This document shows positions 27,344 to 37,782 of a stretch of DNA of 64,000 nt, piece by piece (positions within the stretch are counted from its first letter, which is position 1; the number at the start of each line of letters is the position of its first letter). The notes beneath the pieces were generated by a model. It ran no database searches, was not told the DNA's origin, and saw only the letters and a list, made by a program, of their open reading frames with translations. Source of the DNA: Bacillales bacterium UBA784 (GTDB taxonomy: Bacteria > Bacillota_I > Bacilli_A > RFN20 > CAG-288); NCBI GenBank assembly GCA_002297045.1, contig DBJE01000001.1, forward strand, positions 46,168 to 110,167, read 5' to 3'. Made by a program: the position numbers and the translations under genes.

Positions 27344-28319
27344 GGCAAGTGAAGAAGAAGTCCAGCGCAGGGAAAGAGAATACTGGAAAGGCAAAATCCA
27401 TGCCATCTTTACCGACTGGCGTCTTTATCTCCTCCTTCTCCCCTTAGCCTTCTTCTTCATCGTCTGGAAGTATATTCCAATCGGAACGATGATCAGGTCC
27501 TTCAAGGACTACAAGATCGATTCCTCCTTCGGAGGCGGTGCATTCACTAGCGACTTCATCGGCTTCTACTCCTTCCAGTTCCTCTTCCATCAGACCAAGT
27601 TCTGGCAGGCCTTCCGGAATACCTTCCTCCTTTCCTTCTATGGACTTGTCTTCGGCTTCCCCTTCCCCATCATCCTCGCCCTCTTCTTTTCCGAAATCCG
27701 CTGCCGTTTCTTCCGTTCCGTCTCCCAGGTGCTCTGCTACCTTCCCAAGTTCATCTCCTTAGTCGTCAGGACCACCATCATCTCAAGGCTACTCGCCTCG
27801 TCAAGCCAGCTCTCTGCGGCCGGTCCTATCGCTGCTTTATTCGAAAACAGGGGGAGCAAGGAACTATTGACTAATGCCAAGGCCTTCCGCTCCATTTACA
27901 CGGTATCGGGAATCTGGCAGGAGGCGGGATACGGATCCATCGTCTACTTTGCAGCCATCCTTGGCATATCCCCCACAAACTACGAGGCGGCGAGAATCGA
28001 CGGAGCCACAAAGAGGCAGCAGATCCGCTATGTTACATTGCCTGGCAGGACATCCACTCTTGCCATCAGGCTGATTCTGAAGATCGGCGCCCTTCTCACC
28101 GTCGGCTATGAGAAAGTCTATCTGCTCCAGCAGCTTGGGGCGCCAAGGGAGACAAGCGAGACAGTCTCCACCTACGTTATCAACACCTTCATGGGACAGG
28201 CAAACGCAAACCAAGGTATGGGTGCCGCGGCCGACAGGTTCAACTCTCTCCTCTCCATGGTGCTTGTCATCGGAGCAAACCGAGTGTCCAAGCGGGTATC
28301 CTCCGCTTCCCTCTACTAG
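27321..28319 (+). CDS. Carbohydrate ABC transporter permease, LplB/YtcP-like
   Basis: Long N-terminal segment ahead of the first TM span (MANRQLPKASEEE...LLLLPLAFFFIVWKYIP) and a GFPFPIILALFFSEIR block typical of the LplB family. Confidence 0.8.
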   Translation: MANRQLPKASEEEVQRREREYWKGKIHAIFTDWRLYLLLLPLAFFFIVWKYIPIGTMIRSFKDYKIDSSFGGGAFTSDFIGFYSFQFLFHQTKFWQAFRNTFLLSFYGLVFGFPFPIILALFFSEIRCRFFRSVSQVLCYLPKFISLVVRTTIISRLLASSSQLSAAGPIAALFENRGSKELLTNAKAFRSIYTVSGIWQEAGYGSIVYFAAILGISPTNYEAARIDGATKRQQIRYVTLPGRTSTLAIRLILKIGALLTVGYEKVYLLQQLGAPRETSETVSTYVINTFMGQANANQGMGAAADRFNSLLSMVLVIGANRVSKRVSSASLY

Positions 28320-28325
28320 AAGGAG

Positions 28326-29267
28326 ATGCAAATCATGGAAAAAAGCAGAAAACTATCGGCTAAATCAAGTCAGAAAGTCCATAGGTCATCTTCGGAACTG
28401 ATTTTCAAAATCGTTGCCTATCTCTTCATTACCCTCTTTGCCCTCCTTTGCCTCTATCCGCTCCTCTTCGTCTTCTCTTCCGCCGTCTCCGCAGGAGAGG
28501 CAATCATCTCCGGCAAGGTCGTCGCCTTCCCCGTCGGATTTCAGTGGAACGCCTTTACTGCCGTCTTTACCAACAAAAGGTTCTGGATCTCCTACGCCAA
28601 CACTTTCTTTGTCACCGTCTACGGAACCATCTACTGCAGGATTCTCTCCGTTTTCGGTGCCTATGCCCTTTCCAAGGGCAGAAGGCCCGGGCAGAAGCTC
28701 TTCAACTTCCTGATGGTGTTCACCATGTGGTTTGCCGCCGGTGTCATTCCAAGGAACCTCAACTATCAGCAGACCAAGTCCGTTCTCGGAACAAGGGGAA
28801 TCAGCGACCAGAAATGGGTCATCATCCTCGCCATGGGCAGGGCCGCCTATAATGTCATCCTTCTCCGCAACGCCTTCCAAAGCGTCCCAAAGGAAATCGA
28901 GGAAGCAGCCACGGTGGATGGAGCGAACGACAGGCAGATCAGGCAGAAGATTTATGTTCCAAGGTCAAAAGCGACCGTTGCCACAGTTGCCCTTTTCTAC
29001 GGCATTTCCCGCTGGAACGGATACTTCTGGGCAAGGAAAGTCGTCGACAATGCCTATGACCTTCCCTTGCAGGTCACCATCCAATCCCAGATTTCGACGA
29101 TTGAACAGGAAATTGCCGAAAACGGGGCTGCCATTGTTAATGGATATGCCAGGCAGTCAATCATCTACGCCATGGTGGTCTGTGCCATCATTCCGATTCT
29201 GATTATTTATCCTTTCATCCAGAAGTATTTCGCTGCCGGTGTCAATTTAGGCGGCGTGAAAGAGTAG
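28326..29267 (+). CDS. Carbohydrate ABC transporter permease, LplC-like (MalG-type)
   Basis: Six TM spans and an EAA-like loop (AATVDGANDRQIRQKIYVP). Confidence 0.8.
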   Translation: MQIMEKSRKLSAKSSQKVHRSSSELIFKIVAYLFITLFALLCLYPLLFVFSSAVSAGEAIISGKVVAFPVGFQWNAFTAVFTNKRFWISYANTFFVTVYGTIYCRILSVFGAYALSKGRRPGQKLFNFLMVFTMWFAAGVIPRNLNYQQTKSVLGTRGISDQKWVIILAMGRAAYNVILLRNAFQSVPKEIEEAATVDGANDRQIRQKIYVPRSKATVATVALFYGISRWNGYFWARKVVDNAYDLPLQVTIQSQISTIEQEIAENGAAIVNGYARQSIIYAMVVCAIIPILIIYPFIQKYFAAGVNLGGVKE

Positions 29268-29334
29268 GTTTGGATAAACCGCTTCGTACTGAGGCGTTTT
29301 ATAAAGGAATTTGATTCACTAGGAGGAAAAACAG

Positions 29335-31554
29335 ATGAAATCAAAATTCGCGACGACTCTTCTCTCCATCATCTCCCTTGCAACCCTTGTCGGCTGCAAG
29401 CCTAACGTCTCCCTTCCGTCCGCAGATGAGAAGCCGAGTGAAAGTACCACCGATAAGAATGACGACAAAACCAGCAAAGACGAGGCTCAGAAAGATCCCG
29501 ATAAGTACATCGATGAAGAGTATCCTCAGCCGGAGAAAAAGGTTGAACTGACTAGGTCGGTTTACTATGACAACAATGACCGCCATAGGAAGTTTATCGA
29601 AGGAACGTCGGCAAAACTTCCTTATACCGCAGCTGATGGAAACACATACTAGGCCGGTGACTTCAAACCGGTGTGGCGTCAGAGGCAGAAAGACCTCAAT
29701 AGGACTATTGACGATGCTTCGCCGAATGGGAAACTATCCATCAAAGACAACTTCAACGACAGGAAATCAAAGAACTTTAAGGCCGGTGAAAAGCAGATTA
29801 ACGTTGCCCAGGGCAATTCCGACCAGATCCTTGCCGCAGGAACAGATTCCGCAAAGCCGATTGTCAACCTGAAGGACCATTTGGATAAGAGGCCGAACTT
29901 CAAAGCCTTCCTTGAAAAATATCCGGCAGTCAAGAAGATTATCACTGCCCAGAACGGCGGAATCTATTATGCCCCCTACTTCGACGGATTCGATGATATC
30001 GAACGCAGGATGATGGTCCGCCAGGACTGGGTTGAAAGGCTGCTTGATGGCGACCTGCCGTCTACCTTAGGACAGACGAAGCTGGAAAACGTCGCCTATC
30101 AGGCAACAAGGCCATCTTCCCTTGACACGAACATCGATGCGGTGGTGGATGGAAAGAAGGGAAGCGTCAACAAGAAATATGCTGCAGGAAAAGGCATCAT
30201 CGCCCGAAGGAATGCGGAAAATGATTTGACCGGAGAGAAAGCGGTCCGCATCCTCCGCGATTATATCGACACCACCTATGGAACAACCTATGGAACCAAA
30301 CGCAGCGCCCTCTTCTGCGGAAGCAAGGCTGTCTACGATGCCGATGAATTAGTCGCCCTCTTCCGCTGTGTCAAGCTGAACGGAAAATTCCTTACCGGAA
30401 AGGAAGGCGTCAATGTTGTTCCTTTCTTCCCGCGTGGAAACACCAACGACCGTCTTCTTGACAGGTTCCGCAGGCTGCAGTTCTGGGGAATCCGTGGAAC
30501 GGAATCCCGTAACCTCTTCAGGTATGTCGGAAATGACGGAAAGCTTGTCGATTCCCGTGGAACCGAGGAATTCAAGAAAGGTCTGACTATCCTCCACCAG
30601 CTCTATGAGGAAGGACTCATTTATGAAGACTTCGGCAACAAGGATAAAACGACAAACGGCGATTATCGTGCCTACCTCTTAACGAACGACAGGGGCTTTG
30701 CCACTTATGATTACAACCAGACAACCACGGTCTATAACGACAACAAAGATTGCACTCCTCTGAATAATGGCAAGTTCCTCTTCGCTTCCGTTCTTCCTGC
30801 CGTTGCTGATTATGATGATGGCACAGAAGGTAACTATATCCATTACACTGAAAGTTGGCGTTCGGTTAAGCCGCAGGGATGGTTCATTACAAGTGCCACC
30901 ACTGGAGATAAGCTAGACCGGGCCTTAACCAGGTTCGACTATCTCTATTCTGTCCAGGGAAGCCGATTGATGTCCTATGGCCCTGATGCCTATCTGGCTA
31001 AGGAAGCCGATGGCTCGATCAAAGGCAGGAATTATCAGGGTAAGGCCGTTCCTGTCCTCTCGGACGCCTGCAAGCAGGAAAGGAAGACCCTGACGGGTGG
31101 AAACTACACCAACTATTATCGTTACTACTTAGGCGGCACATTCCCGGTTGGTTATGTCAAGGAACAGGGAAGGGAATTCCAGACTGTTTCTACTAAAGCC
31201 CAGCCTTCCTTAGGGGATATCAACACCGCAATCGAACTTGGCGTCATCCAGCATGTCAATCACGGCAGTGGCAATGCAAGCAATAGGCAGGACATTGTTC
31301 CGACTACCCTTCCCTTCACGGAAACCGAGAACAGTGCGATTGCCAGCCAGTTCACTGACCTTAGCGATTTCTTCACCGACAACAAGAACAAGGCAACTGC
31401 CCCTAGGTATGACATTGTTAAGAATGGTTTTGGCAAAGTCGGTGATTATGATAGGTCGGAGGCGAACTATCTTAAGACGGTCAACGAGACTAGGAACCTG
31501 AATGGCTTAGTGCAATACTACAACGACGCCTACACCCGCTATAAGGCTCTCTAA
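29335..31554 (+). pseudogene. LplA-like extracellular solute-binding lipoprotein gene interrupted by an in-frame TAG at 29650-29652
   Basis: ORF 29335..29652 supplies the lipoprotein signal (LATLVGC) and a D/E/K-rich linker. ORF 29671..31554 lies in the same frame (offset 336 nt), has no signal peptide and carries the solute-binding domain. Read-through translation gives ...DGNTY*AGDFKPVWRQ.... Confidence 0.6.
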
Positions 31555-31625
31555 CCCGTTTCGGTAAGTCAATGGCAGAGGGAGGCATCCCCTCCCTCTG
31601 CCCTTTATGAAAAGAGGTACAGACC

Positions 31626-32225
31626 ATGAAGAAAATCCAGGCATTCCTTCAAAAGTATTTCGGCTATATCACGATTTCAGCTTTTGCGCTTTTTTCCATC
31701 TATGCTCTTGGCAGGGCTACTGCGGCCGCGCCGTGCAAATACTATGAATCGAGGAAAAACTTTTATAAGCCGATCCAGCCCTACAACAATCTGTTCTTGA
31801 TTTTCTCCATCCTCGGTCTCTTGCTTGGAACATTCTATAGGGTACTAAGATGCCATACCCGTCTCGTCTATTATGTCTCCAATTATGTCTGGTTTGGCCT
31901 TTTCATCTTTCTTTCCCTTCTTTCCGGCGTCTTTCTCCTTATAGGGACGAATCTCTACAGCGCCTATTATGACCTTCTGCCTTTTGCAGAAAGGAATGCC
32001 TACTTTGCTGAACGTGGTCTTGACTTATCCATCAATCCAAATCCGGCAGTCTTCGCCCTCGGATACCTTCTTGCCGTTCTTTTCTTCCTTCTCGCCGCTT
32101 CGAGCCTTCTTGTCCTCCCAAAGAGGATCAAGGGACGGATAGCCTATGAAAAAAACAAGAAGCTTGGAGTGACAAACCCGGTCACCTACAAGGAAGAGAA
32201 AGGAGCATCCGCCAATGGAAAATAA
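31626..32225 (+). CDS. Small polytopic membrane protein (199 aa), unknown function
   Basis: Four hydrophobic spans. RBS AAAGAGG. Confidence 0.5.
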   Translation: MKKIQAFLQKYFGYITISAFALFSIYALGRATAAAPCKYYESRKNFYKPIQPYNNLFLIFSILGLLLGTFYRVLRCHTRLVYYVSNYVWFGLFIFLSLLSGVFLLIGTNLYSAYYDLLPFAERNAYFAERGLDLSINPNPAVFALGYLLAVLFFLLAASSLLVLPKRIKGRIAYEKNKKLGVTNPVTYKEEKGASANGK

Positions 32226-32763
32226 AGAAAAAAGGTCGCTTAAGGGGAAAATCGTTTCTTTCTTTCTCCCAAAGGGGATTGAAGTCGACAGGCTGCGCTA
32301 CCGTCCGAACAAATTCGGCTATTCCTTTGCCTTCCTTGGCTGTCTCCTCCTTTGCCTTGGCTTCGCTATTGCCTACTCCGGAACAGGAATCAACGATGAT
32401 CCCATCCTCCTTTTTGGAAAAGAGACCACAAGCGGAAGGTGGACAGGAATTGACGTTCTCATCAATATTCTTCTCCTCCTTTTCAGGCTCACGAGTGCCC
32501 TTAGGAGGAAGAACTATTCCTTAAAGGGCTCCTTTATGGCCTTTGTCAGGGGAATAAGGAACATCCTCCGTGTCTTCTTCTTTCCGTTAAGCCTTCTTAA
32601 GGCAGGCATCAGGAGTAAGGGAATCTACGCTGGAGTAAGGATCTGTTATGTCCTTTGCGGATGTTTTCTCCTTCTTTCTTCTCTTCTTACCTTTTTCAAG
32701 GGCAGCACCCTGCACAAATACCTCAAGACCGTTAAGCCGATTGAAAATGAGAAAGGCGACTAA
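32215..32763 (+). CDS. Small polytopic membrane protein (182 aa) with basic N-terminus, unknown function
   Basis: Overlaps the upstream gene by 11 nt. Four hydrophobic spans. Confidence 0.5.
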   Translation: MENKEKRSLKGKIVSFFLPKGIEVDRLRYRPNKFGYSFAFLGCLLLCLGFAIAYSGTGINDDPILLFGKETTSGRWTGIDVLINILLLLFRLTSALRRKNYSLKGSFMAFVRGIRNILRVFFFPLSLLKAGIRSKGIYAGVRICYVLCGCFLLLSSLLTFFKGSTLHKYLKTVKPIENEKGD

Positions 32764-32765
32764 CC

Positions 32766-33833
32766 ATGGCCGATTTACAGCTACAGCATTTGCAGAAAAT
32801 CTATGACGGCGGTGTCAAGGCAGTGGAAGACTTTACTCTCGACATCAAGGACGGAGAATTTATTGTCTTAGTCGGACCGTCAGGATGCGGAAAGTCGACG
32901 ACGAGGAGAAGGGTCGCCGGACTTGAAGATATCTCAAGCGGACATCTTGTCATTGACGGAAAGGATGTGACCACCCTTGCCGCAAAAGACAGAGATATCG
33001 CCAGGGTCTTTCAGAACTACGCCTTATATGGAAACAGGACCGTATACGAAAACAGGGCATTCTCTCTGACCTTAAGAAAGACTGATCCGAAATTAGTCCA
33101 TGAAAAGGTCAGGAAGGCCGCAAGCATCCTTGGCCTTGAGCAACAACTGAACAAGAAGCCTTCTGCCCTCTCCGGAGGACAGAGACAACGTGTCGCAAGG
33201 GGAAGAGCCATTGTCCGTAATCCCAAGGTCTTCCTTTTTGACGAACCCCTCTCTAATCTTGATGCTAAGCTCCGGTCCTCAAGGCGGAGAGAGATCAAGC
33301 TTCTCCACCATAAACTGAAGGCGACGAGGATCTATGTCACCCATGACCAGACCGAGGCCCTTACCCTCGCCGACCGCATTGTGGTCATGTCGATGGGAAA
33401 GGTCCAGCAGATTGGGACCCCTTACGAGGTCTACCATAATCCGGCCAATGCCTTTGTAGGATACTTCATCGGCAATCCATCGATGGACTTCTTCGACGGA
33501 AAGATTATGGACGGAAAGTTTGTTGGCAAGAACGGCCTTGTCGAAGAGATTCCTTCCCTGCTGAAAGAGAAGGTCCTTGCCTATGAAAAAGAACCGATTC
33601 TCATGGCCATCCGTCCGGAGCATTTCTCTCTTGGCGGAAAGCATTCCTTCGTTGTCGACGTTGTCGAGCACCTAGGAAGGAACTCCCTGATCCATGGCAC
33701 TTTCTATGGCTACAAGACCATTAGGAAAAGGCCTGGATGGCTCGATTTTGCCCCGAAGGAGACAATCCAGGTCTCATTTAAGGAAGACAAGCTTCATTTC
33801 TTCGACTTCAGGGACGGCAAGGCGATAAGATAG
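32766..33833 (+). CDS. Sugar ABC transporter ATP-binding protein, MsmX/MalK type (copy 2)
   Basis: [37 protein letters not shown] and a TOBE-like C-terminus. It is a paralog of 16544..17635. Confidence 0.85.
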   Translation: MADLQLQHLQKIYDGGVKAVEDFTLDIKDGEFIVLVGPSGCGKSTTRRRVAGLEDISSGHLVIDGKDVTTLAAKDRDIARVFQNYALYGNRTVYENRAFSLTLRKTDPKLVHEKVRKAASILGLEQQLNKKPSALSGGQRQRVARGRAIVRNPKVFLFDEPLSNLDAKLRSSRRREIKLLHHKLKATRIYVTHDQTEALTLADRIVVMSMGKVQQIGTPYEVYHNPANAFVGYFIGNPSMDFFDGKIMDGKFVGKNGLVEEIPSLLKEKVLAYEKEPILMAIRPEHFSLGGKHSFVVDVVEHLGRNSLIHGTFYGYKTIRKRPGWLDFAPKETIQVSFKEDKLHFFDFRDGKAIR

Positions 33834-33852
33834 AGAAAGGAGACTTCGACTC

Positions 33853-34509
33853 ATGACTTCTAAGGATAACGAAAAGAAAACCCCCTCCTTCTCCTTCAAA
33901 AGTGATGCCGATTCTGCCATCGAAAGGAAAGGCCTGAACGAGAGAAGCGACGACGAAGAGGATTTAAGCATTGCAAGGAGCAAAAGCTCCTTCCACCTCT
34001 TTGCTGTCCGCTCCTTTATCCGCCTGAAAAACCATATTGCCACTATTCCCTTGCTGCTTTCTGTGGTGACGACGATTGTTTTCACCTTCAACAGGCCTAC
34101 CCATATCAATGCCCTCGTTTCCCTGTCCAATCAGAAAAGCAATGCCTTCCTCTTCTTTGTCAATGTCGTTCTTTCCTTCCTGATTGTCCTTTGCTATCTT
34201 AATGCGCAGAGCCGGAAGGCGAAAAAGAAGAAAGCCATTCTCTTTTTCTCTCTCTTTGCCCTTCTTACCGCAATGTCCATCTTCTTAGATGCCTACCATA
34301 TCCATGACATCAAGGTCGAGACAAGTCTTTATAATTCCTTAAATGCCATCAAGGACGAGGGAGGGTATGTCGCGAAGTCTCTGTCCCTGACTCTTACCCA
34401 CATCGTCCTTCTCTCCCTAACTCTCCTTTTTGCTTCTCTTGTCCCTCTTCTTCAGCCCCTGTGCAAGAAAATCCATCTGAGAAAGAAGAAAACAAGGGGT
34501 AATCCATGA
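33853..34509 (+). CDS. Small polytopic membrane protein (218 aa), unknown function
   Basis: Hydrophilic N-terminus followed by four hydrophobic spans. Confidence 0.5.
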   Translation: MTSKDNEKKTPSFSFKSDADSAIERKGLNERSDDEEDLSIARSKSSFHLFAVRSFIRLKNHIATIPLLLSVVTTIVFTFNRPTHINALVSLSNQKSNAFLFFVNVVLSFLIVLCYLNAQSRKAKKKKAILFFSLFALLTAMSIFLDAYHIHDIKVETSLYNSLNAIKDEGGYVAKSLSLTLTHIVLLSLTLLFASLVPLLQPLCKKIHLRKKKTRGNP

Positions 34510-35063
34510 AAGACAAAACGCCCAATAGGAAGAAGGAAAACGTATCGCTCTGCAACGAGAAAAAGAAGAGGAGGAAGTCCCCTTCCTTTCTTTCCACTGT
34601 CCCCTATCCCGTTAAGGCGCTTTTAATCAAATACTGGTTTTTCGGTCTGAACTATTTTCTCTTCCAGAGGGGACTTGGCTATCTTTTCCTTGAACTGACG
34701 AAAGCAAACTCTCTTTACCTTAGGCTGATTTCCGGATTCGCCCTTGGAGTATTCAATGACCTTCTTCTCTATCCTATCCTCAGAGTCCTCGAAGTGAGCG
34801 AGGGAGAGTCCTTCCCCTATGTCTTCTTTACCGGGAAGCATGTCTACTCCCTTTTGATCAATGTCGCCTATGGAAGGCTAATCGGCTTCCTCTCTTATCT
34901 TGCCTGTCTTAACCTCTATAACCTCATTGCCGCCTCTTATCCAAATACCTTCTTCTTCCGGGAGCCTTTCTCCTATGGACTGATGGCCTTTCTGATTGAC
35001 TTTGCCTTCCTTGGCCTTAAGAATCTCTGTGTCTACCTGATCAAAGGGAAGAACTGTCTATGA
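34506..35063 (+). CDS. Small polytopic membrane protein (185 aa) with basic N-terminus, unknown function
   Basis: ATGA overlap with the upstream gene. Four hydrophobic spans. Confidence 0.5.
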   Translation: MKDKTPNRKKENVSLCNEKKKRRKSPSFLSTVPYPVKALLIKYWFFGLNYFLFQRGLGYLFLELTKANSLYLRLISGFALGVFNDLLLYPILRVLEVSEGESFPYVFFTGKHVYSLLINVAYGRLIGFLSYLACLNLYNLIAASYPNTFFFREPFSYGLMAFLIDFAFLGLKNLCVYLIKGKNCL

Positions 35064-36592
35064 ACTATCATATCGTTTCTCTCACTCCTGTCTCCATAAC
35101 GGTGGAAAGGGATGATTTGACCCCTTATTACAGTGAAAAAAGCCATGATGTCTTCCTAAACGGAGAGAAGGCCCTTGAGGCAAAGACGAACGTCTTTACC
35201 CTGTTTTCCTTGAAACCAGACACTTCCTATGTTCTCTCCATCGACGGAAAGGAAACCGAATTTAAGACTGGCAAGGTTACCTCCGTCCTCCATGCCTCCG
35301 CCTTTAAAAGAGAAAATCCGGAGATGGACGATACCCTTCTTCTCCAATCCGCCATCAGCTTCACCCCGAAAGGGGGAAGGCTAGTCATCGACGGCGAATA
35401 CTCCGTGACTTCCCTCTTCCTCCGTTCCGACAGGATTCTCTATCTTCCAAAGGGATCCATTTTAAAAGGAAATCCTAAGGCAAAGGATTATCCTCTTCTT
35501 CCTCCTTTCCGGCTTGTCGAAGGAAGGAAAGTCCCCTGCCAGAGCTGGGAAGGCGACTATTATCCCTCTAAACCCTCCCTTCTTAACATCATCGAAGAGG
35601 AAAACGTGAGGATCCTTGGGGAAGGAAGGATTGATGGCCTTGCCAATGAGTCAAACGAGTTCTGGAACGATGTAAAAAACCTTCCCTATGGTCGCCCTTC
35701 CCTTTTTTATTCCTACAAGGCGAAGAATGTCTCTTTGATCGGACTATCCTTCAGGAATACCCCGGCCTGGACGATTCATCCCTTTTTCAGCGAGAATCTT
35801 CATTTTCTCTCCCTGTCTATTTTTAATCCAAAGGATGCTCCGAATACTGACGGCAGGGATCTTGAATGCTGCACCAAAAGGCAGGTCCTTGGCGTCCGTT
35901 TCTCTGTCGGTGATGACTGTATTGCCTTAAAAAGCGGCAAGATCGGTCTCGCGAAGGAAAGGAAGAGAGCGCTTAGCGACTGCGTGATCCGCAACTGCCT
36001 AAGGGAAAACGGCCATGGCGCCATTGTTCTAGGAAGCGAGGCAGGGTATGGAATCAAGGACATCCAGGTCGAACGATGCCTTTTCAAAAATACTGACCGT
36101 GGGCTTCGGATTAAGACAAGACGGGGAAGAGGAAAGGACTCTATTAGGGATGGCATCCTCTTTAAGGAGATAACAAGGGATGGCGTCCTCACCCCCCTAG
36201 TGAGGAACAGGTTTTATTTCTGCGATCCGGACGGGAAGAGTGAATATGTTCAGAATAAGAATCCTCTTCCGGTTGACAAGAGAACCCCTTATCTTGGTTC
36301 GTTTGTCTTCCAGGATATTGTCGCCAGAAATTGTGAAGTCTGTTTCGGTTATTTCTACGGCCTTCCGGAAAAAAGGATTAAGTCGATTGTCATCAAGGAT
36401 TCTCTTTTTGAAAGGAAGAAGGAGGCAAGAGAGGGAAGACCGGCTAGGAGGCTTGGCGTCGAAAAAAGGAAGAAGAAAGGCTTTCTGTTTACCAATGTGG
36501 AAGAGGTTGTCCTTGACCACGTGAAGATGGCTGGAAGGGAGGGGGAGAGAGTGGAAAAAGAAAATGTCCTCTCCTTGAAAGACAATGGCTAA
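35060..36592 (+). CDS. Glycoside hydrolase family 28 (polygalacturonase / exo-poly-alpha-galacturonosidase)
   Basis: All four GH28 motifs are present: NTDGRD, GDDCIALKSG, NGHGAIVLGSE and RGLRIKT. Confidence 0.85.
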   Translation: MNYHIVSLTPVSITVERDDLTPYYSEKSHDVFLNGEKALEAKTNVFTLFSLKPDTSYVLSIDGKETEFKTGKVTSVLHASAFKRENPEMDDTLLLQSAISFTPKGGRLVIDGEYSVTSLFLRSDRILYLPKGSILKGNPKAKDYPLLPPFRLVEGRKVPCQSWEGDYYPSKPSLLNIIEEENVRILGEGRIDGLANESNEFWNDVKNLPYGRPSLFYSYKAKNVSLIGLSFRNTPAWTIHPFFSENLHFLSLSIFNPKDAPNTDGRDLECCTKRQVLGVRFSVGDDCIALKSGKIGLAKERKRALSDCVIRNCLRENGHGAIVLGSEAGYGIKDIQVERCLFKNTDRGLRIKTRRGRGKDSIRDGILFKEITRDGVLTPLVRNRFYFCDPDGKSEYVQNKNPLPVDKRTPYLGSFVFQDIVARNCEVCFGYFYGLPEKRIKSIVIKDSLFERKKEAREGRPARRLGVEKRKKKGFLFTNVEEVVLDHVKMAGREGERVEKENVLSLKDNG

Positions 36593-37169
36593 GGCATGCA
36601 TCCTCCTCTCCTTCTTCTATCCATCGGATAAAGAAAGAAGGAGGAAGGCGAGGAATAAGCTGAAAATCAAAGGCGGAAGGAAGGACTCCCTCCTTCTGTT
36701 GGAGGATGAAATAGACTATGCACTCTTCCTTTCCTGCTTTCCGGCCCTAAAGGAGGATAGGCAGGGGGAAAGGAAAGGAATCCTTGTTCCTAACGAGGAT
36801 ATTTCTCTTCCTCCTTCGCTGCTTGATAAAGCAAAGGATGGGGAGCTTGTTCCTCTCTGCTCCCTGCTCGGGAAAGAAGATTATTCTCTTTTCTACCCTC
36901 TTCTCTCGTCTTTCTCAAAGGATAGGCTGATGAGTGTTCTCTTCTATCTGTCCTTGAATGATTCACCGAATCTAACTTCGTTTCCTCTATATATCCATCG
37001 AAATACAGTTATCTATCGGATAAACACTTTTAAAGAGACAACTAAGTTGAATTTTGCTCTTTTTCAGGACCGGATGTTTGTCTATAATCTAATTCAGAAT
37101 TATCTAAATTACCAGGAAAATCAATATAAAGGAGAAGCCGACGAAAATGAAAAAATCCGAAATCCTTAA
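36585..37169 (+). CDS. Putative regulator with a C-terminal PucR/CdaR-type helix-turn-helix
   Basis: LYIHRNTVIYRINTFKE resembles the PucR C-terminal HTH. The N-terminal ~120 aa are unassigned. Confidence 0.4.
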   Translation: MAKACILLSFFYPSDKERRRKARNKLKIKGGRKDSLLLLEDEIDYALFLSCFPALKEDRQGERKGILVPNEDISLPPSLLDKAKDGELVPLCSLLGKEDYSLFYPLLSSFSKDRLMSVLFYLSLNDSPNLTSFPLYIHRNTVIYRINTFKETTKLNFALFQDRMFVYNLIQNYLNYQENQYKGEADENEKIRNP

Positions 37170-37782
37170 TTCGCTCCTTGGGAGCGGAGTTGTCGCCGTC
37201 ATCCGGGCCGAAGGAGTCGATGATGCCGTCAAAAGGTGCAAGGCAATTCTAAAAGGCGGCATCAGAGGACTTGAGATCACCTTCACGGTTGATGGCGCAG
37301 AAGAAGTCATCAAGGAGAGGAGCAAGGACAAGGATGCCATCGTCGGGGCGGGAACCGTCCTTGACGAAGTCTCCTGCCGCTATGCCATTTTAAAGGGAGC
37401 AAAGTTCATCGTCTCTCCCTCCTTCGATAAAGAAGTCGCTGAAAGGTGCAACCTTTATCAGATTCCTTATATTCCCGGCTGCAGGACTCCTACGGAAGTC
37501 GTTACGGCAAGGAAGGCCGGATGTGAACTGATTAAGATCTTCCCCGGTTCCCTCCCTGGCCCGGAATACTTAAAGGCCCTCCACGGACCTCTTCCCCAGG
37601 CTAGCTTTCTTCCTTCCGGAGGCGTCTCCCTTGCCAACGTCAAACAATGGATTGACTGCGGCGCCGCAGCTCTCTCTGCCGGCGGGTACCTTACTGCCCC
37701 GGCAAAGACGGGAGACTATGAAGAAATCACAAAGCGCAGCAAGGCGTTTGTCCATGCGGTAAAGGAAGCAAAGAAGGTATGA
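37147..37782 (+). CDS. kdgA: 2-dehydro-3-deoxyphosphogluconate (KDPG) aldolase
   Basis: SGVVAVIRAEGVDDAVKRCKAILKGGIRGLEITFTV with the Schiff-base lysine region. Length 211 aa. Confidence 0.85.
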   Translation: MKKSEILNSLLGSGVVAVIRAEGVDDAVKRCKAILKGGIRGLEITFTVDGAEEVIKERSKDKDAIVGAGTVLDEVSCRYAILKGAKFIVSPSFDKEVAERCNLYQIPYIPGCRTPTEVVTARKAGCELIKIFPGSLPGPEYLKALHGPLPQASFLPSGGVSLANVKQWIDCGAAALSAGGYLTAPAKTGDYEEITKRSKAFVHAVKEAKKV

